29,766 nt of DNA from positions 249,835 through 279,600 of the forward strand of contig NIVC01000055.1 of the NCBI GenBank assembly GCA_002269645.1. Direction: 5' to 3'. This document shows positions 7,639-17,200 of this stretch, one piece after another. A model generated the notes under the pieces. The model was not told where the DNA came from, ran no database searches, and saw only the letters and a list, made by a program, of their open reading frames with translations. Position numbers and translations under genes: made by a program. This stretch comes from Macrostomum lignano. Its lineage: Eukaryota. Numbering within the stretch: position 1 is the stretch's first letter; each line of letters opens with the position of its first letter.

Positions 7639-10600
7639 AACCACTGAGGTTTGTGTGGCTGACTCACTACCCGTAAGCGCGCTGGTTGGACTGGATTTGA
7701 TTAGCCAGCTCAAGTTGGGGGGTGGAGACGCCCCGAGTACAGTGCTTGGAAGAGAGACGCGCGAGAGGGTCCACGGCCAACCCCTCTCAGCCAATGAGAG
7801 AGAATGGGTGGGTGCGCCGCACCGCCTAATGCCCCAGTCAGAGGGGGACGAGAGGCTTTTCGCGGAGGGCATCGTGGCTAGCGGCCTTAACCAGATCGAT
7901 CCGGAGCCGGCTGGCAAAACAAAATCAAGAATAACTAGAGCCCAAGCGCGTAAACAACGGCAAGAGTACAACAAAACGAGACAAGAAACTGCAATGCGCC
8001 CTATAACATTGGATTACGAGGCGGCCCTACAAGACGACAAGGAGTTGCAAGCAGCGGTACAAACCAACGACTTGGTGAAGGAAAGCCGCGGCAGACTGTT
8101 TCGGCATCAAGCAGCTGGAGAGGACCAACTGGTGCTTCCGAAGGCTCTGCGTGCTTCGGCGCTGTCCCAGGCCCATGAGAGTGCATTCGCTGGCCACTTG
8201 GGAACAAGGAAGACTTGTCAACGACTAGAACAGCGATTCTGGTGGCCAACGGTGACAAAGAACGTGAAGGACTTCGTAGCAACGTGCGACAAGTGTCAGA
8301 AGACGGCTCGAGTCCCAGGCAATCACAAGGTACCACTAGTCCAAGTGCCTGGAGTGGAGGAGGCCTTCACCAAAGTTATCATCGATATCAGTGGACCGTA
8401 TACGAGGACTGCGAGTGGTCACCAGTACATCCTGTCGATTATCGATGCGGCTACTCGATTCCCCGAAGGAGTCCCGCTGCGAAAGATCGACGCTGAGTCC
8501 GTAGCGAAGGCATTGGTGGACTGCTTCGTGAGGACCGGATTCCCGAGGGAGATCCAGAGCGATAAGGGTACTAACTTTTCATCAGCACTGCTGCAGGCCC
8601 TGTACCGGTGTACCGGGGTCGAGGGCATCCAGTCGACGCCGTACCATCCGCAAAGCCAGGCGTTGGTGGAGAGGTTCCACGGCACTCTCAAGAATATGTT
8701 GAGGAGACTACCAGCTCGCGAGAAAAAGAAGTGGGACCAGTACCTACCGTATCTGCTGTTCGCCATTCGGGAGGTGCCCAACGAAACAACTGGCTTCTCC
8801 TCATTCGAACTTTTGTATGGACGCACTGTGCGGGGACCGCTAGATCTACTGCGGCAGACCTGGGATGAGCAGCTCTCCGAAGAGAAGAAGGACATCATCT
8901 CGTTCGTGCTGGCCCAGAGAGACCGACTGCGGGCTGGCCAGGAAGCGGCACGGAACAGCGAAGAGCTAGCACGGAAGCGTCAGAAACTCTGGTACGACCG
9001 GCAGTCGCGGGAACGAGAGTTGCAGCCCGGAGATCAGGTGCTGCTGCTGCTGCCATCGTCATCCAAGAAGCTTCACGCTGAATGGCGCGGTCCCTATGAA
9101 GTACTGGAGAGGTGCAGCGATGTGAACTACCGGATCCGGATGGGCCCTGCGACAAACACGTTTCATGTCAACCTGCTCAAGAAGTACAATTCACGAGAGG
9201 CGGTTTTGATGCAGCTTCCAGCGGCAGCTACGAGTGCTCCTGAGTTGTCCGATCATCTGACACCTGCCGAGAGGGATCGTCTCCTGGAGCTGGTGCAGGA
9301 CTTCGCGGGCGTCTTCAGCGAGACCCCGGGGAGGACTGACCTAGTGGAGCGCCGTATCCGGACGACATCTGACCGCGTAGTGCGCATCCGGCCGCGACGG
9401 GAGCCGCAGGCGCATCGGCAGGTGCTCCAAGAGGAGATTCAACGCATGCTGGACCTCGGGGTGATCGAACCATCTGACAGTGACTACTGCTCCCCAGTCT
9501 GTCTGGTGGCCAAGAAGGACGGCTCAGTCCGGTTCACTGTCAACTTCAAGGCGCTGAATGAGCTGGTGGCCTTCGACTCCTATCCAATGAAGAACATCGA
9601 GGACCTACTGGAGCGGGTCGCCAAGGCCAAGTTCATATCTAAGCTAGACTGCTGCAAGGGCTACTGGCAAATTCCACTGTACGAGGATTCAAAGCGATTG
9701 ACGGCTTTCGCGGCCTGCGGCAAGCTGTATCAATTTACTGTGATGCCCATGGGCTTAAACTGCAGCAGCGCGACGTACCAGAGGCTCATGGACAAGCTGT
9801 TCCAAGGGCTGGACAACGCGGACTCCTACATCGATGACATCGCCGTGTTTAGCGCGACATTCGAGCAGCACGTCGAGGACCTGAGGGAAGTATTTGGTCG
9901 CCTTAAGGCTGCCGGTCTAACGGTGCAACCCCAAAAGTGCTACCTGGGCGGCAACTCTGCTGACTACCTGGGTTTCAAGCTCGGCGGAGGCGAGATCGGT
10001 ACAAGCGAGGACCGAGTGCGGACAATCACGGCGCTGGCTCAGCCCCGGACCAAGGCTCAGCTGCGATCTGTGCTCGGAGTGCTCAACCACTACCGTCGGT
10101 TCGTGCCCGATTACTCAGAAAAGGTGGCGGCCCTGACGGACCTCACGAAGAAGTCGGCACCCGATGACCTGACGGCGGCCTGGGGAGAGCAGCAGACGCG
10201 AGCCTTTGAGGCTGTGAAATCTTTGCTGGCGAGAGAGCCGGTGCTGCGCGCGCCGGACTACAGTCGGCAGTTCACCTTGGAGACTGACAGCTCGGAGACT
10301 GGGATCGGCGCGGTGCTAACGCAAGAGTTCGAGGACGGCATCCATCCCGTGCTATTCGTATCTCGGCGGCTGACTTCGGCGGAGCGGAGCTACGCGACGA
10401 TCGAGAAGGAGTGCCTCGCCGTGCGCTGGGCGGTCGAGAAGCTGCGGCACTACCTGCTAGGCCGCCGGTTCGTCATCAAGTCCGACCATAAGCCGCTGCA
10501 GTACCTGCAGATGGACCACGCCAACCCACGACTCCAGCGGTGGGCCTTCTCGTATCTGTCCGGCTATGACTACGAGATCCAGTACCAGCCAGGCGAAAGC

Positions 10601-10678
10601 AACACGGTGGCCGATGGTCTCAGCAGGATCTGGGCTAGTGACCGACCAAGTGATTTAGTGACCGACCAAGTGATTTAG
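7625..10678 (+). CDS. pol: Element C Pol: end of protease, integrase, reverse transcriptase, RNase H
   Basis: The frame is open from 7625 (…RTTEVCVADSLPVSALVGLD, protease C-end). Then HESAFAGHLG...CDKC, IDISGP...SDKG...VERF (DDE), WRGPY, RT KLDCCKGYWQI...YIDD, and RH TDSSETGIGAVL...EKEC...SDHKP...ADGLSR. Confidence 0.93.
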   Translation, partial: RATFRTTEVCVADSLPVSALVGLDLISQLKLGGGDAPSTVLGRETRERVHGQPLSANEREWVGAPHRLMPQSEGDERLFAEGIVASGLNQIDPEPAGKTKSRITRAQARKQRQEYNKTRQETAMRPITLDYEAALQDDKELQAAVQTNDLVKESRGRLFRHQAAGEDQLVLPKALRASALSQAHESAFAGHLGTRKTCQRLEQRFWWPTVTKNVKDFVATCDKCQKTARVPGNHKVPLVQVPGVEEAFTKVIIDISGPYTRTASGHQYILSIIDAATRFPEGVPLRKIDAESVAKALVDCFVRTGFPREIQSDKGTNFSSALLQALYRCTGVEGIQSTPYHPQSQALVERFHGTLKNMLRRLPAREKKKWDQYLPYLLFAIREVPNETTGFSSFELLYGRTVRGPLDLLRQTWDEQLSEEKKDIISFVLAQRDRLRAGQEAARNSEELARKRQKLWYDRQSRERELQPGDQVLLLLPSSSKKLHAEWRGPYEVLERCSDVNYRIRMGPATNTFHVNLLKKYNSREAVLMQLPAAATSAPELSDHLTPAERDRLLELVQDFAGVFSETPGRTDLVERRIRTTSDRVVRIRPRREPQAHRQVLQEEIQRMLDLGVIEPSDSDYCSPVCLVAKKDGSVRFTVNFKALNELVAFDSYPMKNIEDLLERVAKAKFISKLDCCKGYWQIPLYEDSKRLTAFAACGKLYQFTVMPMGLNCSSATYQRLMDKLFQGLDNADSYIDDIAVFSATFEQHVEDLREVFGRLKAAGLTVQPQKCYLGGNSADYLGFKLGGGEIGTSEDRVRTITALAQPRTKAQLRSVLGVLNHYRRFVPDYSEKVAALTDLTKKSAPDDLTAAWGEQQTRAFEAVKSLLAREPVLRAPDYSRQFTLETDSSETGIGAVLTQEFEDGIHPVLFVSRRLTSAERSYATIEKECLAVRWAVEKLRHYLLGRRFVIKSDHKPLQYLQMDHANPRLQRWAFSYLSGYDYEIQYQPGESNTVADGLSRIWASDRPSDLVTDQVI

Positions 10679-10715
10679 TGACTGACCAAGTGATTTAGAG
10701 ACTGACTGAGCGATT
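10636..10715 (+). repeat. Tandem repeat, 4 x 20 bp (TAGTGACCGACCAAGTGATT), spanning the pol stop codon
   Basis: Units start at 10636, 10656, 10676 and 10696 and degenerate toward the 3' end. Confidence 0.92.
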
Positions 10716-10834
10716 TAACTTTTATTAAAGTCGTTAGTGGCCAAGTTTGCATTGTTTTTTTGTAAGACATATCCGAACTTTGCGTGACCCTGCGATTGAT
10801 TTTTGGCTTGCGATTTTTCCGGCTTCGATCTTTT

Positions 10835-10843
10835 GGTGGAGGG
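10835..10843 (+). other. Short polypurine tract of element C
   Basis: GGTGGAGGG immediately before the 3' LTR. Confidence 0.65.
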
Positions 10844-11005
10844 TGTGACGGTGGACTTTTCTTTGTGCCACCCCATTTTTGATAAGTCTATAAATACTCG
10901 TAGACCTGGTGCACGCCAGAGGGCGATACTTGTTTTTTTGGTTTTGGCTCAGTTAGGAGCCTTGGACAATCAATATCATTCTTATTTATTTACAAGAATG
11001 CAACA
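10844..11005 (+). repeat. 3' LTR of element C (162 bp)
   Basis: Copy of 6238-6395, followed by the TSD CACGG. Confidence 0.95.
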
Positions 11006-11725
11006 CACGGCATTCAAACATCGAGAGAGAGGCGCTGGCGATCGTCTGGGCTATGGAGCGTGCGAAACAGTTCCTATTAGGGTCGCGCTTCACACTCAGA
11101 ACGGATCATCCTGCTCATTCTAGTTGACGCTATGTCCGGCTGGCCCGAGGCCGTACGAGTGCAAAACAGGGACGCGGCGACAGTCAAGCGGGTGTTGCAG
11201 GCGGTCTTTGCTAGGAACGGCGTGCCTCATGTGCTGGTCAGCGACAACGCCGCCGAGTTCCACGACGCCAATCTGGTCGCCTGGCTGGAAAGAATCGGCT
11301 GCCGCGCCATCAAGACTCCCCCGCGACACCCTCAATCTAACGGCCTGGCCGAGTGGATGGTCCAGTCTATCAACAGAGCATCTGCGGCGTGGGAACAGTC
11401 CGAAAGCTACGAGTCGTTCTTGTTCACGGTACTCATAAACTACAGGTGTGTGCCGCATGCTGGGCGCCAGCAGAGCCCGTCGCAGCTCATGGGTCGACAA
11501 CTACGCAACCCGATAACCATGCGCACACCAATTGGAGCGAGCCTGTGGTACACGCCTGGAGATCAGCAGCGTCAGGAGCGAGCTGAGTTCATCGTGCAGA
11601 AAGGGACCAACACTGCCCTAATCGCTCGTCAAGGCGGTCGCATCGCCCTGGCGCATGCGGATCAGCTGAGTCGCGTTGTAGAAGACCAGGTCCAGCCAAA
11701 CCGATTCGGCCAGAGCCTACCTATC

Positions 11726-11821
11726 GAACTCGGTCAGGATCCGCCCTGCGGCCTCGGTCAGGACCCACCTGGCGAACTCGGTCAGGACCCGCCTGGCGAA
11801 CTCAGTCGGGACCCGCCCACC
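11726..11821 (+). repeat. Coding tandem repeat, 4 x 24 bp ((E/G)LGQDPP(C/G)), in the element A integrase tail
   Basis: ELGQDPPC GLGQDPPG ELGQDPPG ELSRDPPT. Confidence 0.9.
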
Positions 11822-11902
11822 GAATCCGAACAAGGCCCAAGTCAAACAGCAGCGCGTCGCTACCCAGCTCGGTCAACTCGAGGCGTGCCCCTTATCCGTT
11901 TC

Positions 11903-11914
11903 GAAGGGGGGAGA
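11903..11914 (+). other. Polypurine tract of element A
   Basis: GAAGGGGGGAGA immediately before TG at 11915. Confidence 0.8.
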
Positions 11915-12175
11915 TGAGGCAGCGCTGGATTCTGCCGCTGTACTTATGACTAAGTGACTAGCTGATTGACTATTGAAATATTGACTGTACATCCAGTGTA
12001 CCCACCACCCCGGTTTCGTGCCCCGTGTGCCCCACCACCCCAATGCGTTAATAATTATATATTGAGCATCGTTTGTGTTAGCATCGTTTATGAATAATAT
12101 ATCGAAACTGAGACATCGTTTATTTTACCAAATCATCGTGCTACTCAGTTGAACTCTTAGTTAAACGACGCGACA
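11915..12175 (+). repeat. Putative 3' LTR of element A
   Basis: Starts with TG right after the PPT. The end is placed at ...ACGCGACA (12175) because of the CA terminus and the shift to AT-rich flank. The partner LTR is outside the window, so the end cannot be verified. Confidence 0.55.
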
Positions 12176-12321
12176 TATTCTTTATAGTCCGTATTTATTT
12201 CATTATCTATATTTATGAGCGATAATGAAGTGAAAAATGTATAATTTATCCTTAATAACAATAATTTTAGTTTGTTGCTTGCAATTGGTTTGCTGGCAAT
12301 TTTGTATGGTATAATACTACT

Positions 12322-12463
12322 GGTCAAAAGTCACTGGCGGTCAAAAGTCACTGGCAGGCAAAATTCACTGACGGTCGAAAGTCACTGACGGTCAAAAGTC
12401 ACTGGCAGGCAAAATTCACTGACGGTCGAAAGTCACTGACGGTCAAAAGTCACTGGCGGTCAA
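12322..12463. repeat. 17-bp minisatellite (GGTCAAAAGTCACTGGC), 8 units plus a partial one
   Basis: Three unit variants recur as a 51-bp trimer (12356-12406 = 12407-12457). Confidence 0.92.
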
Positions 12464-13918
12464 CAGCCAAAGTCCTAGACCCCGCATCATTGCACGGATA
12501 CATGCATATTGTCGTTGTCGACTGCCTCAGGTTTGGACGCATGCCTGTCTTGAACTGCCGTGACTGACTGACTACTTCCTGTGAGCTGCAAATCTGTCGC
12601 GGAAAACCAATGCTCTGGCGCCGAAAATGTGAAGCCGCTTTGACAGTCAGTCATTAAAACAAGTTCCTATTGGGTTTTGACTACAAGACTCACACTACCT
12701 CGGCGATATTTTTGCCGTCTTACATTTAATCCCTAGCTCTGTGACATCCGCAGGTGCTAAATACAGTATTTATTATCTGTGGTAAGATCTGCCTGTCCAA
12801 CTTCTTAACTTTCTACTTTCAGTAGTTGATCTTTCCAACACATTAATATTTAGTCGAATTTTCTATCCTACGAGCTAAGATTTTAGCGACGACAAGTAGC
12901 TTTCATTAAATGTTTAAGTATACCCAGATAATCTAGGCGAAACATGGGATATTTAAACTGAAGAAATTGTCCACTCTAAGAGTGAAACGCTATCAAGGAA
13001 TCCGGGACCAGATCAGCGGTAATAAGCTCGTCCGACTCTCGCATCACAGTACCCAAGGTCAGCGGAATTAGTCTGACTGCTTTCGTCCTCACTGACTTGC
13101 TGACTTCCACCCAAAGGCCCCTGCAAACTGACCTACCAAGCCATCAGAAGGCCAATGTTAATGATTTAAAGTCGATTTTTAAGTTGAATAAAGTTTCCCA
13201 AGGCATAAAGTGAACCCTCAGTTAGATGCATATTCTGATTTTTTAAGGACTGCTTTAGAATTTTAGTCATAGCTATATTTCAATATTGAACAAATGGTCG
13301 AAGAGAGAATTTCTATTGTCGATGCGTACCAACAAGAAACTATCAGTTTCAGGACAGCACAGCTTAGTGCTATATGAGTAAACTATATAAAATATTGTTT
13401 TAATCAATAGATGGGGAGTCAAGTAAAATTCCGGAGTTGAAAAAGCGACATAATAGTCCATAGAATATGATCAGATGATACTTATATATTAATCCTTTAT
13501 CCTTTCACGCGTCAATATCGTGTAATGCCAGGTGCAAAATCTAAAAATAGGTGAGAGTACATAAAGGTATTTCGCCAGAAAATTTGATAACAAAGAAGAG
13601 AATGATAAATCAGTTCTAATGGGACAAATTATCAACAGCCAATCAATACAGAAAATATCTTGATGAAGAAAATAATTAGAATATCGGATAGCATTTAGTG
13701 TCCGCTAAAGCACTTAGTTTGTCCTTGTTTGGATTAGCTAATTTGCATTGGTAATTAGCAATCTGTGACCAATCAGAGCTTCAGGCAAGTCCGCGATCAA
13801 ATCCAGCCGGTGGTATTTGTGACTGAAGCGGAACAGAGTTATTCATCATATCTGTGTCTGACTAACTGGTGCCTCCATAGAGATTTGATTAGCAAAAAAG
13901 CTTAGATAGAGAGCTCAC

Positions 13919-14266
13919 CGTCCAGACTTTGAGTAGAATAAACCAGGCGGAATCCTTTCGAAGTAACGCTTGAGTCAGTTCTGAATCGAAGCAGCACAGG
14001 ACCTTGCAGGCTTAGTGAAACTCCAGTGGCATTGCTGTTAACCAGACTCGTTGTCAGCTTGCTATCGTCTACCTCATCAGAGATGCTGAATCTGTCGTAT
14101 ATGAAGATTTTGTCACAGCAGTTCTCAATGTCCACTTCTTCCATCCGGATGTTGACGGGGCCCGTCGCGTCGATCAGCCATTGATAGTCTTTGTTATTAG
14201 CGTATCTTGCGTACATCGACGATCCATAGTTGTTTGGACACTTGATCGTGCCCAAGTCCTCCGAAA
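13919..14266 (-). CDS. CUB exon 23 (type G3)
   Basis: ttttag|TT...G|gtgagc, 348 nt; DLGTIKCPNNYG...DIENCCDKIFIYD...FRTDSSVTSKGFRLVY. Confidence 0.9.
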
Positions 14267-17200
14267 CTAAAAGAAATGCGGTCAACTTGCACTCGATTTG
14301 CATTCTAAAGCCATTGTGTACATCGTAAAGGTTGCGACTACTAATAACAAAACTGATCAAATTAAATTCTACACTATTAATTACCTTATACACCTACGAC
14401 TACCCTTTTACTCTTAAAGTAGCTTACACTTCTTCTCAGAGACGAGGACTACTAGACGAAGTGTTCCTAGTGATCTTTGCTCAGAGAAAAGTACTCGTGT
14501 TACTCTCGCACTCAATTTGCAAGTTTGGGTAAAACGATCACACACAAACGCACACACATACCTACCGAAAAACCATTTTTAGTATAAGACAAATCTTAGA
14601 GATTTAGTATAGGTGGATTTAGTATATTTAGATTAGAGCTGCAGTTGAATAAAATCAAGCGAAGTAAATATTTAACCCTCTCAGTGGTGAATGCAATCGT
14701 AAAAAATTCAACACCTCAAGCTCACCTACAATCGGTCCGCGTCTATAAGAGAACGCAATGCCCCGACCATCAAAGCGTCTGCCAGTTTTAACTCTAATCA
14801 GCAGGGGTCCCGTCAGGACAAAGTCCGTTGACGTGGCATTCGCGTCAGTTAGAATGAACAGCAAGTTTTGCTCATCGGCATCGGCGCTTGCTTGATCAGA
14901 AATTGCAAAGACTTCAATGAAGCTTCCATCTGCTCCGAGATTTGACCAGTTGAATGCCAGCTTGTAAACATATTTGCCCGGAATCAGCCACTTATACTCC
15001 ATCCACTTCTCCATTGTCCTGTTAGCATCGGTTGGGTACTGAATCATTGCAAAACTTTGGGACTGATTGGCGAAAACTGAAACTGTTTGAAAATAGCGGG
15101 GGATCAGAGATGATTGGAAAATGTCAGAGGAAGTGTAAAAAGTGCAATTACCAGTCCTAGGCTCGATGGAATAGGACAAGTCGAAGCCCTGACCGACTAG
15201 CCGTTTATCCGTGCTAAACCGGATCAGCACGGGACCAATCAACTTATACGTTGCCGATGTCGCATTCGCCTGTGTCAGTGTGAACCTCAGCTTGCTGTCT
15301 TCTGGCTCATCGGTTTCTCCATCAGTCATCTCGTACAACTGGATGATGTCATTTCCGTAGCCAATGTCAGCAGATGTGACAGTGATGAGGACGAAATTCC
15401 TTCTGTTGATGGTCCATCTGTACTCCATCTCGTTAGCGTAAGTCGAGCCAGTCTCTTCGGGACAACTAAAGCTACCAGAGTCATTGGTCATGGCGACGTG
15501 CACTGAAAATGTGAACAAATTTTAAGCATCACATTGCCCACATTGTGCAAAGTTGGAACTTAGTGTCAATCAGCAGATTAATATTATCGCAATACAATGT
15601 GCAACTAAAGAATTCTCACCACTTCTGATCTGATAATCGAAAACAACTTGACCGCTCGCCGAAGCAGAGTTGTTGGACGAATATACAACTGCAAGGATGC
15701 CTTTGTGCGTCACGTGATTCGCAAATGGGATCCGTCTCGCACTTTTCTGCATCGCTGGGCTGCTTAGCAGATCCATGTCGCCAGCGAATATCTCTACAGA
15801 AGACGAAGTCGTGATACGGTTAAAGATGAGGTGCGTCAGGAAATCATGAGAACCAGTTGGTGCCACAATCCACTTTGTGCTCGAAGGTCTCGGGAGGACG
15901 GTGGATCCTTCCGCTGGATTGCAGAGTCTCATGCCTCTGCTGCCCCTGATTACCTCGGTTGCTGGTGAAGCCTCTGAAAGATTCAGTTGTGTTTCAGTGC
16001 TAATGATTTGGTGGTCTTTGGAATCAAATGACTGAGACGGAGGTTCTGGCCAGATTTTTCTTGGCGATGCAGTCACAATGATGGTAAACTCATAATCCTT
16101 GAATGAGGGCGTACTTGGATGTAAGAAATCGCTAAGGTGTTAACTTAAAAAGGTGATCTCTGAGTAGGAAGTTTTCTGAATCTTCAACAAAACAAGGAAT
16201 TACCTTCAGCCGAACCATCAGCTGTGTAAGTGAGCTTGAAGTCCCTGCGGCTGCCGTCGCTGTTGGCTGTGAACCGAAGCAGCACAGGACCGGACAGTCG
16301 GAACTCTGACTGGCTGGCACTCGAATCGGACACCACAAATTTCAGATTGTCCTCCGTCTCAGACCTCGTGTTTTGGTACAGGTACACTTTGTCCCCAGCA
16401 GGAAGATTGATGGAGCTGAACCTGATGCGAACCGTGCCGCTTCTGTCGATGATCCATCGATGGTCCAGGTTGCCATCAGTTGCTTCACTTTGCGAGGAGT
16501 AACTGATTTCTCCTTCGGCATCACTCAGAGAAACTGAAATTCGTGGCAGGCGTTTAGGAGGTCAAATCTAAAGGTCAAAGCGGCCTGCTTTGAACTATAA
16601 GATGCAATAAGAGGAAAGGGTGGAACTCTTTAGATGACAAAGACACAGCAGACTTCGGACTCAACTCACCATTCCCAACGGAGTAGGTGAACCTCAAGCC
16701 GAATCTGTCTCCGCTGGCTCCAGTTCTCAGCACCACGGTGACGAATCCGCTCGCTCTCAGGGTCTTCCTCTCGCCAAGTAGGCCAGTCTGACTGAATATG
16801 GGAGACTCGCTGAGCCTGGGCTCAACTCCCGTGTACACACTGACTGTATCGCCATGCGGCTGGCCTCCCTCGGCATCAAAGAGCTGCAGCTCAACCGTCT
16901 GTTGAGGGCTCACAGCGATGGACCAGGCTCTCGATGAGCCCACTGGTCCTCTGGACGGATAAATTGCTTTGCTTCCCTCAATGTTTTTGATGAGTTCAGT
17001 CGGCGTTGGTAGTTCTGGAATAATGCGAGGGTAAATATGAGTCCAGCTCTTATCCGGCCATTAGCAAACAGTGAAAGGTAAGAGTGCTGGCGATACTAAG
17101 AATGTGTTCGCTGGATAAGTTTGTTACACTGAACAGGGCAAATAATCATCGTTTCCTATCGGAGACACTATTATTATCCGCTGTCGTGTATTCTGTGGTG

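Larger units (their letters stand above)
6238..11005 (+). mobile_element. Element C: full-length 4768-bp Gmr1-like Ty3/gypsy LTR retrotransposon (PR-IN-RT-RH order)
   Basis: TG...CA LTRs of 158 and 162 bp, TSD, PBS and PPT. Integrase motifs precede RT motifs in the pol ORF. Confidence 0.93.
11006..11917 (+). pseudogene. pol: Element A C-terminal RNase H fused out of frame to the integrase core by an internal deletion
   Basis: EREALAIVW...RTDH (11011-11109) runs directly into LLILVDAMSGWPE...SDNAAEF...SNGLAE. The HHCC finger and first catalytic Asp are missing. C-terminal tail RRYPARSTRG; the stop TGA overlaps the start of the LTR. Confidence 0.88.
1..12175 (+). mobile_element. Element A: decayed Ty3/gypsy (Mag-like) LTR retrotransposon, 5'-truncated by the window edge and interrupted by elements B and C
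   Basis: Removing B and C plus one copy of each TSD restores continuous frames: DVYTLSPNRA|KVGLFKTIKINAQGISMQVDTGAEV across B, and SRRLSSAEAR|HSNIEREALAIVW across C. Domain order is gag-PR-RT-RH-IN, followed by a PPT and a TG-starting LTR. The right end is estimated. Confidence 0.9.

Noticed and set aside
6238-11005. Ty1/copia element, suggested by the IN-before-RT order
   Set aside because: The RT (YIDD with gypsy-type flanking motifs), RNase H, GPY module and SCAN-like Gag are all Ty3/gypsy type.
877-11586. Short antisense and alternate-frame ORFs overlapping the retroelement genes
   Set aside because: These are shadow ORFs of GC-rich coding sequence or LTR read-through, with no recognisable motifs. 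The shared ...FSFTPKKDGR endings (280-666 and 4339-4659) simply reflect entry into the same LTR.
13273-13680. Hydrophobic open frames as a transmembrane exon of the CUB gene
   Set aside because: The hydrophobicity is what AT-rich non-coding DNA gives by chance; there is no clean 20-residue helix with a basic stop-transfer segment.
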